This document shows, one piece after another, positions 1 through 13,188 of a stretch of 64,000 bases of DNA; positions within the stretch are counted from its first letter, which is position 1, and every line of letters starts with the position of its first letter. This DNA is from Malacoraja senta. Lineage: Eukaryota. The DNA lies in NCBI GenBank assembly GCA_038087875.1, contig CM075990.1, forward strand, positions 12,774,001 to 12,838,000, written 5' to 3'. Made by a program: the position numbers and the translations under genes. The notes beneath the pieces were generated by a model. That model searched no databases. It had not been told where the DNA came from and saw nothing but the letters and a program-made list of their open reading frames with translations.

Positions 1-543
1 ATTCCTCAGAACACATCTAAAAGGGATGATCAAGTTATTTAATGCATTGCTATTTGCGGGTACTGCTGTGTACAAATTGGCTCGAGTTTCCTCTATTACA
101 CTAACTATACTGAAAAAAAAGCATTTAATTCGATGCCGAGTGTGTTAGGATGCGATGTAATTAACAACAAAAAAATAAACAAGTCTTTAATTTATACCTA
201 CCACTGTCCAAGTGCAGATGATCTAACACCAGAGTCTGCAAAATCCAATTGTCTCCCTAGTAAGCAATCATCCAGGCAACAGTTTGGGGGAAAACTATGT
301 TCTCTCTCAGCTTCTCCAAGCCAGACAAATACCGAGTAGGTGTGACTCACTATTAATGACTAACAAATCACCTGCTAGAGAGACAAAGAAAGCCACTCTC
401 CATTTTTCCACTCCTTTTGCAAATATTTCTCTACATCAGATTAGCCAAGATCAGCAACCCAGAAGACTGACAGAATATGGGACTACTTACTGGATTTTGT
501 CAAGTAAACTATTGAGAATTGACTCCTGGTCACTGAAACTTAC

Positions 544-711
544 TGTTATAATCACCATATCCCTGTCCATAACCATAATAGCCATAGTTGTATGCTGGGT
601 AGTCATAGCCACTATATCCACCATAATTCTGGTTATAGCCATAGTTATAATTTCCATAACTTGGGTTCCAATAGTTACTGTTGTAGCTTTGGCTCCAGGT
701 CTGACTTTGTC
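544..711 (-). CDS. hnRNP D/DL/AB-family exon 6, Tyr/Gly/Asn-rich low-complexity segment ([16 protein letters not shown]...[10 protein letters not shown])
   Basis: ttctAG acceptor, A|GTAAGT donor; 168 nt, symmetric phase 1 (a cassette exon in this family). The final PY-NLS exon was not found in the window. Confidence 0.94.
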
Positions 712-1699
712 CTAGAAAGGGAAAAACAAACAATTATTAGCAATTCAGTGGACAAAAAAAGTATCAATATTTGTACAGACCACGTTTCATCTTTATGGCA
801 GCAATCCATACACCTCATTCTCAACTGTAGTTGTGAATTAGATGGATAAACAACAGAAAGCTACCAAAGCAAATAGACAAAGCAAATAAAGCATAAGATT
901 GACAGAGTTGCTGGTACATCTCATGGCAAAAGATTGAATTTGATCCTATAATCCAGACCCTCAGAATAATTTAATTCCAGCACAGTATTATGTGGAGCTG
1001 TACTGTCCAGACCCACATAAACATGGCCATAGCTTGCAAGCGAAAGACTGAACATTTGGATGGTTGCAAGATTATTGCAAGTTACCCCATCTCCTGGCCA
1101 ATCCGCATTCAACCATATCAGATGAACGATTTGAATCATTCAACAGCTGCTTAAGGAATCTTTTTTTTTTAAATTAAGACATTATAAATGACACTTCCCA
1201 TTGACTGCATGCACAATCATTCTGAAGGAATGATTTGCAATTTAAATGCAAGCCTTTTCTATGTGAACATTTCATCATATATTGTCTACAGTCATGACAG
1301 TCGTGCCAACGGGATAAAATAACATAGTATTTCCGTGTTATAACACACCGATACCTTGCATAGCACAATTTAGCACGGGATGTTTGCAGGAACAAGAGGA
1401 TTAATTGAATTAACAATAAAAAAAGGACACAAGAGACAGAAGCTGTGCTGGGAATCCATCGTGAATTAGACATCCCACCCCCACCCAGAATTACTGCACT
1501 AGGCACAAACTGCCACCCTTCCTATCACAACACACCACTTTGCTGGAAACCTACTCTGCTGATGTTCCCTCAGCAAAGAACTGCCCATAGCTCAGTATGA
1601 AGATGTTGCCTGTGAAAGTTGCTATTGAGAAAGCAGCTTAACCGTTTGCTGCCAAGATGTGTTGCTCAGAAGCTGCACTCCAGCCAGATTTTTCCTTGA

Positions 1700-2200
1700 A
1701 AGTGGTGTCATCTTGTAGGAAAGATATCAAGCTGGAAAGGGTTTAGAAGATTTGAGCTTGTTGCCAGGACTCGAGGGCCTGAGCTACAGGGAGAGGTTGA
1801 GCAGGCTAGGACCCTATTCTTTGCAATGCAGGAGGATGAGGGGTGATATTATAGAGGTACACAAAATCATGAGGAATAGATCGGATAAACACACAATGTC
1901 TCTCGCCCAGAGTAAGGAAATTGAGAACCAGAAGACATTGGTTTACAGTGAGGGAGGAATGATTGAATAGGAACCCAAGGGGTAACCTTTGGTTTTACAC
2001 AAAGGGTGTATGGAACAAACTGTCGAAAGAGGTAGTTGAAGCAACGTTTAAGAAACATTTAGATAGGTACATGGATAGAATAGGTTTAAAGGGTTATGGG
2101 CCAAATGTAGGCAGGCGGGACTAATGTAGAGGAGACACGTGGGTCACTGTGGGCAAGTTGGGTCAAAGGGCCTGTTTCCACATCGTAAGACTCGATGACT
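1700..2200 (+). mobile_element. CR1 LINE 3' fragment
   Basis: LPGLEGLSYRERLSRLG...RMRGD; characteristic 3' end GGGCCTGTTTCC. Confidence 0.85.
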
Positions 2201-2493
2201 GTTGTCCAGATTTCATGTGCTCCAAAATTATAATTGTTAGGTGTTTCGAGATATAGTGAAAAACTTAGTTTTGCATGCCCCATTCACCTCCTGTTAAATG
2301 TCAAGATTACAGTGACTCCCTTTCTGTTTTTGGCCGCACTGCTCTTCCCATGTATGGAAAAACCTCAATGGCCAGCAGCCACCATAAAATGTGTTGCTAG
2401 GGGAAAAAAATGGGTTGGCAAGGGCTGTACATTTATTACAGCATGTAATCATTGTTCCCTGCTGTGAAGATCACTGCCCTCCATACATTATAC

Positions 2494-2587
2494 CTCCTCT
2501 ACCTCTTCCTCTTCCTGTGAGTCCACCTCTGCCTCCCCACTGCTGTTGCTGGTACACTTCCTTAGGCTGAGCCAATTTGATTTCCAC
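2494..2587 (-). CDS. hnRNP D/DL/AB-family exon 5, Q-rich/RGG segment ([31 protein letters not shown])
   Basis: Hand translation; ttttaaAG acceptor, G|GTATAA donor; 94 nt, phase 1. Confidence 0.93.
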
Positions 2588-2880
2588 CTTTAAAACAAAA
2601 CACAGTAGCAATTAAAAGTTGTGCTTGTGTTCCAGAAACAACATGCATTATATGAAAGCTTAGAGCAACTGTGAGGCTTTTAAAATTGGATTCGATATTT
2701 ATTTATTCTTGTAATTGACAAGGTAATAATATAGTGTACACACTATCAGCATTTATTAACCAATTCACAGAAAATGAGATTAGTGTAATGTACTAATGGT
2801 CTACATGGACATGGTGGGCCAAAGGGCCATTTTGTGTTGTGAAACGAGGACTCTTAATTACCATTAGAAAATGACCATAC

Positions 2881-3012
2881 CTTGCTCGTTCCCACGTCGT
2901 GAAACTTCTTCTCCATAATCGTCTTTACTGGATTATCTTCCTTGAATGTGATGAAGCAGAACCCTCTTCTCTTGTTGGTCTTGGTATCCATGGGAAGTTC
3001 AATTGATTCAAT
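2881..3012 (-). CDS. hnRNP D/DL/AB-family exon 4, RRM2 ([44 protein letters not shown])
   Basis: Hand translation, not in the ORF track; RNP1 RGFCFITF; catAG acceptor, AAG|GTATG donor; 132 nt. Confidence 0.97.
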
Positions 3013-3495
3013 CTATGAAATAACAAAACATTTTTTTCTAAATTGTGTAAACCAACTTTACCGTTCTCTTAACAGTTCTTTCTGACAGCCTTTACATCAT
3101 TGAGCATGTTGGTCCAAGGGTGGAAGATTGCAACCTTCACGTGGTCCGCCCTGTTTCGACTAATGCAATCAACTCGACGTGCACAAACGGAAGATCAAAT
3201 AGAACAAGTTGCCCTACAACTTTAGGCTGTGCACGCCACATGAAAGAAGAAGTCCAAGGCAAACTTTTGGAAATTATTTTCTCTTTCTTACCAAACCCCC
3301 AGGAATACCAAAGACCGGGCAACAGTGATCAGCTAGAAAATGACAAATACAGCCTCTCCTCGATTAAACAAATTATTGGCCTGAAAGTATTTATGTAGAT
3401 ACAGGTTTCCATCCTGGATTAATTTGTGAATGATGATACACTTATTACAAAACATATTTACGTACCATTTTGCTGAGGGCAAAGCAAGATCTTAC

Positions 3496-3654
3496 CTCTC
3501 CATAGGTTCCGAAGTATTCTCTCACTTTTTCTTCCGGACAGTCAGGATCCAACCCACCCACAAAGATTTTCTTGATTTGTTCTTTGCCCTTCATAGCCTG
3601 TGCTCTCTTGGGGTCAATAACTCTTCCATCAAGTTTGTGTTCCTTATTTAATAC
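3496..3654 (-). CDS. hnRNP D/DL/AB-family exon 3, end of RRM1 and start of RRM2 ([18 protein letters not shown]...KKIFVGGL...YGE)
   Basis: ttcAG acceptor, GAG|GTAAG donor; 159 nt. Confidence 0.97.
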
Positions 3655-6600
3655 CTGAACATTAAAACAAAATACTGATTTATAATGCTTTTGTTGAATT
3701 AATGTAATGATCACGTGCAAGTGATTTTATTTAAACAAGCAAAATTAAATTAATATGCATGTAAATTCTGTAGGTTCTAAAATCCCTGGTTAAGTACTTT
3801 TTGAAAAAGTGATAATAGCTTAATTCAGAATTTATCCTCCATCTCCCAAATCTCTTACTCTGTTCCAACAACCACCTTAAATACATGAAACAGTTGGAGC
3901 AGGCCACTCAGCCCCTTATACTACTCCAAGAGATCATGGCCGATCACAAACATAGTCCCCGAGCCCTCGCTGCCCTCTCAAATAGAGAATTTCAAAGATT
4001 CACTTCCCTCTCTATAAAGAAATTTCTCGTGTCCCATTTGGAGACCATAGCTCCTGATTCTGAACAGTTACAGGAAACATCGACTCCACATCTACCCCCC
4101 AGGGCAGCTCTCATTCTGCTAAAACGTTAGAGTGCTTTTATTCTGGAAACTCGTCCTTTCTATTCCTCCATGTAAAATATATCCTTCCTAACATGGGAAA
4201 TAAATTTGTACACAATATTCATGACATGGAGTCACCAGGAATTTAATTGCATGGTATTTCTGCTCTTTTACTTAAAACTCTCTTGCAATGAAAAACAAGG
4301 TATAATTTGACTTCCAAATTTCTTGTGCACCCAAATTTTAAATGTCAGCAATACAAAGGAATTCAGTGAAATAATTAACAATGTTGTACTACAAACTGTC
4401 TAATATAAGCAGCATTAGAGAAAACAATTAACCTATGTTGAGGGGGAAATCAGTGCAAGCATTATCACCATTTAACTAGTGGTTTCTGATTGTATTCCAA
4501 TTTTCAAGCTGAACTCCATGATGAAAGGTTCCCCACTATACAAGTGTTTGTCACTGTGCCTTTATTTCATTCAGATCTTGGATCATTTGTAAATCCCACA
4601 TATTATTTCACATTTTAAAATCGCATATACCAAACTTTAAAATGTTTTTTTTTTTAAATTAAGGATGGAATTCATCTGCGTTTCAGTGCATCAGGCCTTG
4701 CATTTGTTTGAAGATTTCATTCTTAGTGCTAGCCTCAGCCCCTCCTGGCATCAAATATCTATGCCAACCTGTCAAAGGCCGAAATACAGATGTGTGATTT
4801 ATATGGGAACAAGGATATGGACATTTATACTTCCCTGTTTCTCATCACCAAGTTTAAATCCTAAAATGTTTGAACCAACAGACAAGGAGCCACAAGAGAC
4901 TGCAGATGCTGGAATTGTGAGTAAAAGCAAACTGCTAGAAGAACAGGCAGGCAGCAATGTTTCAGTGAAACTTTGTTTGTCCATGTTCCTCCACCAATGT
5001 CTTGTCTCAGAGTTCCTCCAGCAGTTTATTTTTTGTCAACAGACCGGGAGCATCTTCTCAGAAGCAGTAAATCATTCCAAGATATTAATTTATCACAAGC
5101 CTTCATGGGTAATCAATGTGCTAAAGCCAGCACTGTCAAAATACCCAAATACCTCAAGACATTTATCAGAAGAACCTTGATATTATTGATCAGGGGCAAC
5201 TTTACCAATACTTTATTGATGAGCCACACATTAGTTCATTCCACCAAAAACTGTTATAAGGTAGTGCTTTGGCAACTAAAGATATAGAAACTGTCCTTGA
5301 TACAGCGTATTGACCTGAAATATCAAACATCCATTTACATCCACAGATGCTGATTGACCTGCCAAGATCACCGAGCAGTTTTTTTGCTCCAGATTTCAGT
5401 ATCTGCATCCTCTTGTGGCTCCTTGTATCCAGATTTTCTGAAATATGACACTCAGTTCCATCAGTTATTCATAGATTATAACCACAACTCCAGTATTGAT
5501 GATTTACATTTTGCCAACTTGAGGAACGACCCATTTGTCACGACCTCTATTTGTTAACCAATCTTTCAGCAATATTCAATCCTAAAGTCCTTATCTTGTG
5601 GCACCTTGTCATGCATAGAGAAAATTATAATACAGGTACAGCAACGGAATATTGACCTTTATTGCAGAGGATGGAGTAGATAAAGAATCAATATTTTACA
5701 CAGATACATTCTTAGGTTACCCTTTACCTAACCTTCTGGTTAGATCTTCAAAAATAACTAATTTGTTAATCACAATATCTTTTTCATAAAACACTACGTC
5801 CTCTGTTAGCACTTAATTTTATCCAAGTTACTTAATATAAAATGCAAGAAAACTTGTAAGTTGCATATACCTGTGTCTAAAATGCAAAAGGAACCTCGTC
5901 ACAAGATGAATGTGAAAGAGACCAAATTCTAAACAGTTACATTACTAAATACCCAAATTAAATGGTAGAAAACAATTTAACAGCTACTTCTGAAGTCATC
6001 CTATTTACCCAATAGTGGATAAAATGCAGAAAGCAGACTAGGTGCACATTAGCATTTGCCCAAAACATTTTTTTCCCACAATGAACTATCACCCTCCCAA
6101 TTAACAAGAGGTACACCTATCCTAGTATCATTTCAATGCTCAATTCACAACCCAAAGCAAAATGCACCATGGTGTCCAACGCCTTGGGATAAGTGAATGT
6201 TTCCTTGTGATTCAATGGCGATAATGGGTCACTTGAAAGAGCACTTCATGAAGCCCCTCAACCATTTTGACCTCAACAATATATTTAAGTACCTTGCTGT
6301 GATCTGCACACTGCATAACACATCCTAATATTTGCTATAAAATGTGTAATATTTAGCTATCAAAATGAAAGCATATACTTGGGATTATAATCTGTTGTTT
6401 TAGCAAAGCCTTCCTTCACTGTATTCAACTGATTTTCCTTCATGTTTTACACCCCTTCCACAGGGAAACAGCCATGTTAAAACAGAATCAAGTTCAAATA
6501 CTGGCTGTTGCAGTTTGTCAACATGTCAAAATCATGATGGTATATTGAAGAAACTTCAAAACGCAAATACTTTAAGTTTGCTGTTGAAAAGGTCTGCAGG

Positions 6601-7094
6601 ACAAAACTGCATTGCAATAGTTCCTTTACTTTCCTGGTCACCTCCACAATTCAAGTCAAGCATTGATAATTTCAGCTGCCAAGACCACTTAAATGTATAG
6701 CTCTCAGACAGCACTTCCAGATTTCTGCCATTTTCAAAATATTATTTTCTTCTGTCGATCTCCGATATCTTGCTCCAGAGAAGAGCTCTTGATCCCAGAC
6801 CTCTTCCATTGTCCTCCCAAATAAAATTGCGACACTTGTTGTAATAAGACCCTTAGACAAAGTTACAATGTCAATTTTTCCCAGCCCTAACTGACGACAC
6901 AAATGCAATCTAGATCAGCACATGAAGATGTGCAGCAGCATCAATTCAAACCAGTAACTTCAATGCCAGCATACTTATATGTAAAATCCTTGTATCATTC
7001 CCCCTAGTCAACGCATCACCCAGTTATCAACTCACTATTTAAACTGGCTTCAATGTGTGACAACACCAAAAGGAATGGTATAGCAGCGATATAG

Positions 7095-10000
7095 CACAGG
7101 TGGGCAGGAAAGAGAGTGGGAGAGCTCTAGTGATAGGGGATTCCATGTAACGGGAATCGATAGGCGTTTCTGCGATCGCAAAAGAGACTCCGTGATGGTA
7201 TTTTGCCTCGCTGGTGCAAGGGTCAAGGATGACTCGGAGCGGCTGCAAGGCATTCTTGGAGGAGGAGGGCGAACAGCAAGTTTTAGGTGGGCACGTAGGT
7301 ACCAGCGGCATAGGTAGAAAACGGGATGAGGTCTTACAAAGCGAATTTAGGGAGTTAGGAAGTAAATTAAAAAGTAGGATCCCAAAAGAGTCAAGAGTGT
7401 TTTATTGTCATATGTCCCGGATGGGACAAGGAAATTCTTACTTGCTGCAGCACAACAGAATATGTGAATATGCAAACATTGTATATAACGGGGGGGGGAA
7501 AGAAAAAGTTCAATAAATGAAAAAAAATAGTGGTTACCAAATAATAATATACTTTTGCAATTCAGAGCTCATAGCTTATTCGTTGTGTTTAATAGCCTGA
7601 TGGCTGTGGGGAAGTAGCTGTTCCTGAACCTGGACGTTAGTATTCAGGCTCCTGTACCTTCTTCCTGATGGCAGTGGTGAGATAAGTGTGTGGCCAGGAT
7701 GGTGTGGGTCCTTAATGATTTTGGCTGCCTTTGAGGCAGCAACTACGATAGATTCCTTCGATGGTGGGGAGATCAAAGCCGGTGATGGACTGCGCAGTGG
7801 TCACAACCTTTTGTAGTCTTTTTCGCTCCTGGACATTCAAGTTGCCGAATCAGGCCATGATGCAACCAGTCAGAATGCTCTCTACCGTGCACCTGTAGAA
7901 GTTTAGGAGAATCCTCTTCGACATGCCGAATCTCCGTAATCTTCTCAGGAAGTAGAGTCGCTGATGTGCCTTCTTTACAATTGCATCGGTGTGCTGGGTC
8001 CAGGAAAGATCTTCTAATATATGCACGCCCAGGAATTTGAAGTTATAGACCCTCTCCACCATCGTCCCGTAGATATAAACAGGATTGTGGGTCCTCATCC
8101 TTCCCCTACTAAAGTCCACAATCAGTTCCTTGGTCTTACTGATGTTGAGAGCCAGGTTGTTGTGCTTGCACCATTTGGTCATCTTTGGATTACTACCAGT
8201 GCCACGTGCTAGTAAGAGTAGAAATTACAGGATATTTCAGATCAATCCATGGCTTGAGAGATGGTGCAAGGAGGTGGGATTCATATTCCAGGGCATTGGA
8301 ACCGGTTCTGGGAGAGGTGGGACCAGTACACCTCGGCTGGACTGGAACCAATGTCCTCAGGGGAGTGTTTGTTAGTGCTGTTGGGAAGTAATTAGTTTAA
8401 ACTAATATGGCAGGGAATATGGGATCCAATGCAGGGAGACAGAGGGCTGTAAAATGAGGGCAGAATCTAAAGGTAGAAGGGAGAAAAGTAGAAGTGGAAG
8501 GTCTAAGAATATTAAAATAAACCTGAAAGCTTTGTGCCTTAATGCGAGGAGCATTCGTAATAAGGTGGATGAATTTAATGTGGTTAGTTGTTAATGGATA
8601 TGCTATAGTTGGGATTATGGAGACATGGCTCCAGGGTGACCAAGGCTGGGAGCTCAACATGCAGGGAATTCAATATTCAGGAAGAATAGACAAAGGAAGA
8701 GGAGGTGGGGTGGTATAGCTGGTTAAAGAGGATATTAATGCAATAGTAAGGAGTAACATTAGCTTGGATGCTGTAGAATATGTATGGGTGGAACTGCGAA
8801 ATAGCAAAGGGCAGAAAACGCTTGTTGGAGTTGTGTACAGACCACCAAACAGCAGTAGTGAAGTTGGGGGTATTAGGAAATTAGGGATGCGTGTAGCAAA
8901 GGTATAGCAGTTATCATAAGTGACTTTAATCTACGTATAGATTGGACTAACCAAATTGGTAACAACACGGAGGATTTCTTGGAATGTATACGGGATGGTT
9001 TTCTAAGTCAATATGTAGAGGAACCAACTAGAGGGCATGCCATCCTAGACTGGGTATTGTGCAATGGGGAAGGATCAGTTAGCAATCTTGTAGTGCAAAG
9101 CCCCTTGGGCAACAGTGACCATAATATTGTAGAATTCTGCATTAAGATGGAGAGCGACACAGTTAATTCAGAGACATGGGCCCTGAACGTAAAGAAAGGT
9201 AACTTTGATGGCATGAGATGGAAATTTGCTAGGATAGACTTAAGGTTGACAGTGGATATGCAATGGCAAAGATTTAAAGATTGCATGGATGAATTATAAC
9301 AATTGTTCAAACTTGTCTGGCATAAAAATAAAACAGGGAAGGCGGCTCAACCGTGGCTAACGAAGGAAATTAGGGATAGCGTTAAATCCAAGGAAGAGGC
9401 ATATAAATTGGCCAGAGGAACCAGCAAACCAGAGGACTGGGAGAAACTTAGAATTCAAGAGGAGGACAAAGGGGTTAATTAAGATACGGAAAATAGAGCA
9501 TGAAAGAAAGCTTGTGGGGAATAAAAACTGACTGAAAGCTTCTATAGATATGATACGAGGAAAAGATTAGTGAGGAAAAATGTAGGTCCCTTACAGTCAG
9601 AAACAGGTGAATTTATAATGGGAAACAGGGAAATGGCAGAGAGATACTTTGGTTTTGTCTTCACTAAGAAAGACAAACAATCTCTCAGAAATACTAATGG
9701 ACCGAGGATCTAATGGGAGGGAGGAACTGAAGGGAATCCATGTTAGTCAGAAAATGGTTTTAGGTAAACTGTTGGGACTGAAGGCAGATAAATCCCCAGG
9801 GCCTGATGGTCTGCATCCCAGAGTACTCAAGGAGATGGCCCTAGAAATCGTTGATGCATTAGTGATCATTTTCCAAAGTTCTATAGACTGAGGATCAGTT
9901 CCTGTGGACTGGAGGGTAGCTAATGTAACCCCACTTTTTAAGAAAGGAGTGAAAGAGAAAAGAGGGAATTATAGACCAGTTAGACTGATATCGGTTGTAG

Positions 10001-11322
10001 GGAAGATGCTCGAGTCAATTATTAAATATGTAATAGCAGCGCATTTGGAAAGCAGTGACAGGATCGGTCAAAGTCAGCATGGATTTATGAAGGGGAAACC
10101 ATGCTCGACTAATCTTCTGGAATTTTTTTGAGGATGTAACATGTAGAATGGATAAGGGAGACCCAGTGGATGTGGTGTATCTGGATTTTCAAAAAGAATT
10201 TGACAAGGTCCCACACAAGAGATTAGTGTGCAAAATTAGATCATATGGTATTGGGGGTAGGGGATTGACATGGTTGGCAGACAGGAAGCAAAGAGTAGGA
10301 ATTAACGGGTCGTTTGAAAAATGGCAGGCAGTGACTAGTGGGGTGCCGCAACACTCAGTGCTGGGACCCCAGTTATTTACAATATATATTAACAATTTAG
10401 ACAAAGGAGTTAAATGTAACACTTCCAAGTTAGCGAATGACACAAAGCTGGGTGGCGGGGTGAGCTACAACGAGGCTGCAGGGTGACTTGGATAGGTTGG
10501 GTGAGTATAATGTGGATAAATGTGAGGTTATCCACTTTGGTGACAAGAACAAGGCTGCAGATTATTATCTGAACGGTGTCAGATTTGGAAAAGGGGAGGT
10601 GCAATTAGACTTGCGTGTCCTTGTACATCAGTCACTGAAAGTAAACATGCAGGTACAGCAGGCAGTGAAGAAAGCAAATGGCATGTTGGCCTTTATAGCG
10701 AGATAATTTGAGTATAGGAGCCAGGAGTTCCTACTGTAGTTGTACAGGGCCCAGGCAAGACCACACCTGGATTGTGTGCAGTTTTGGTCTCCTAATTTGA
10801 GGAAGGACATTCTTGCTATTGAGGGAGCGCTGCGTAGGTTCACCAGATTAATTCCCAGGATGGCGGGACTGACGTATGATGAAGGAATGGATCAACTGGG
10901 CTTATATTCACTGGAATTTAGATGGATGAGAGGGGATCTTATAGAAACATATACAATTCTTAAGGGATTGGACAGGCTAGATGCAGGAAAAATGTTCCCC
11001 GTGTTGGGGGAGTCCAGAACCAGGGGTCACAGTGTAAGAATAATGGGTAGGCCTTTTAGGACTGGGATGAGGAAAAATGTTTTCATCCTGATAGTTGTGA
11101 ATCTATGGAATTCTCTGCCACAGAAGGCAGTGGAGGCCATTTCACTGGATGTTTAACAGACAGTTTGATATAGCTCTTAGGGCTAATGGAATCAAGGGAT
11201 ATGGGGAGAAGGCAGGAACGGAGTACTGATTTTGAATGATCCGCCATGATCATATTGAATGGCGGTGCTGGCTTGCAGGGCCGAATGGCCTACTCCTGCA
11301 CCTATTTTCTATGTCTATGTTT
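7095..11322 (+). mobile_element. Near full-length decayed CR1-clade LINE (ORF1 esterase-like; ORF2 endonuclease and RT), antisense in hnRNP intron 2
   Basis: ORF fragments HVGT..IGR, KSPGPDGLHPRVLKE, VDVVYLDFQK.FDKVPH, CVQFWSP; many stops and frameshifts; CTATGT-type tail. Confidence 0.93.
7387..8181 (-). mobile_element. Rex1/Babar-type LINE 3' fragment nested in the CR1 ORF1
   Basis: WC..NNLALNISKTKELIVDF, FLGVHI, KKAHQRLYFLRRL; 3' end CAATAAAACACTCTTGACTC. Confidence 0.88.
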
Positions 11323-13019
11323 AAAACAAATATCGTGTGTATTAATCAGAAATGGCATCAGGACTGAGGACACTACAGCTAGAGATAACATATACATCTT
11401 TATACTCTCAAGCAGAGATGGTTGATAGCCCAACTGAAGAATTCACAATGAAGGAAATCAATATTGTCCATAGAGAGAAACTAGATTCCTAAAAGTAGCC
11501 TAAAGTAGAAATTAGCCAACGAGAAACAAATAAAAAATTGACATGCAAAGATTAATACAAATCTTCCCAAGATTGTGGAATACCAAGTCAACCCACAATT
11601 TTAACAAAAAATAAATTTGAATGTACTTTTAAACATATTACAATAGCTACTTCAGGACACCCTCTTCCCATTAGACAAATGTTTAATGTTTAAGTGTTGG
11701 ATAATGTCATTTAAACACACTATGTTGCAACACAAATTCCACACAAACCTCAACCCAATGCACACTGGATTCTTTGTTTCCCCAAATTTAAAATGCAAAA
11801 TTTAGTCAGGTCTGGTCCGTAATCTAATCAAGCAGGAGCCTATTTTACCAAGTATTATTTCTACCCTAACCCCATCTACCGAGTCCGTGGGACTAGAACC
11901 TTTCAATTTCCAAAAATGAAATTTTCAAGCTGAACCACCTAAATGTTCTTTGTACTACTTCAGGGTACTTTTTTCCCCCTTTTAAATGAACACATGCAAT
12001 TGAGAGAGTAGTATGAGATATTTTTTTAACATTTATTCACAACTATAATACTTAATTAGCATGCCAGTGAAATATAACCATTGCATTTCCAAAAAAAAAA
12101 TCTCCTAGGGCCACAGAAACACAATTGCAGTTTCTATTCAATTTTTATTGTGGTCTGTGGGGTGTTCAAAGTTCAATGAATGCAGGAGAATCATAAAAAG
12201 ACAACAAGAGCGCTTTTAACAATCGCTGAACAAACTGACGGAGTCCAATGAGAAACACCAAATGGGATCTGAGGAATCCACTGGGTGATTGTGACATGAA
12301 CATGTGCCCATTATATCTCCCTGATATATTCAGTATTCAATTAAATGAAGCAGAATTTGTGTCTGAAAATGCAAACTTGTGGTCAAACGGTTGTGGATTC
12401 AGGTTCTACTGGGATGTGTGCACATGACTGGAGCACCGAGAAAGTGCGGCTTGTTGAAGGAGTTATTTGCCAGATAAGACATTTTTATCTGACTTTAAGT
12501 AGATAATGGAAATGGTGTAATTGCCATCAGAAGCAAGTTCTCTATGTCTTGCAGTTACTTCTCTCAAGAACAAAAAACTTTAAAATAATTCATCTTATTA
12601 TTCATTATACTCTGCGTACACCAATACAGAAGCTGCATTTGTCCAAAAAAAATAAACACACAAATACTTTGGATGTTCAGTCATATAATGGCAGTATATG
12701 AATGTAAATTTTATACTTGTAAAATTTGCAGTTCAACTTCACCCTACAGGAAGATGTGGTAAACAGATGGTGCAAATTAAAATGATATGCTCAAATGATT
12801 TGGGCAAACACCCAGGAACAGATCACTCATTTGTCATCCTGGTGGAAGAATGGAGTTAGTATCGGTAGATCTAAAGAAAGGAGCACAAGTAAAATGGAAA
12901 CCAAAATACCCTGCTGTTCAACCTTATGCAGTATCAGAGTTGAATTGTTTTAAGAAGTTAGGTTTCCTCATTTAACCTGAATGAAGTCAGGTTAAAACCA
13001 GGTGAATACCAAATCCTAC

Positions 13020-13188
13020 CTTTTCTACACTTTCAGGATCCTTGAAGAGGATAAACCCAAATCCTCGCGAACGCCCAGTCACAGGATCCATTTTGATTAC
13101 GCAGTCTACAATGTCTCCATATTTAGAAAAGTAGTCCCTTAAATCTTTCTTGCTTGTTTCCCAGCTGAGTCCACCAACAAACATCTTC
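13020..13188 (-). CDS. hnRNP D/DL/AB-family exon 2, RRM1 ([16 protein letters not shown]...[18 protein letters not shown])
   Basis: RNP2 and RNP1 motifs; tgcAG|G acceptor, AAG|GTAGG donor; 169 nt, phase matches exon 1. Confidence 0.97.

Noticed and set aside
284..715. 143-aa plus-strand ORF with a hydrophobic Ile/Val-rich, membrane-like stretch
   Set aside because: Antisense shadow of the Tyr/Gly/Asn codons of hnRNP exon 6.
12740..12872. Strong-looking minus-strand acceptor 150 nt after hnRNP exon 2 with an immediate in-frame stop
   Set aside because: No convincing donor downstream, so too weak to call a poison exon.
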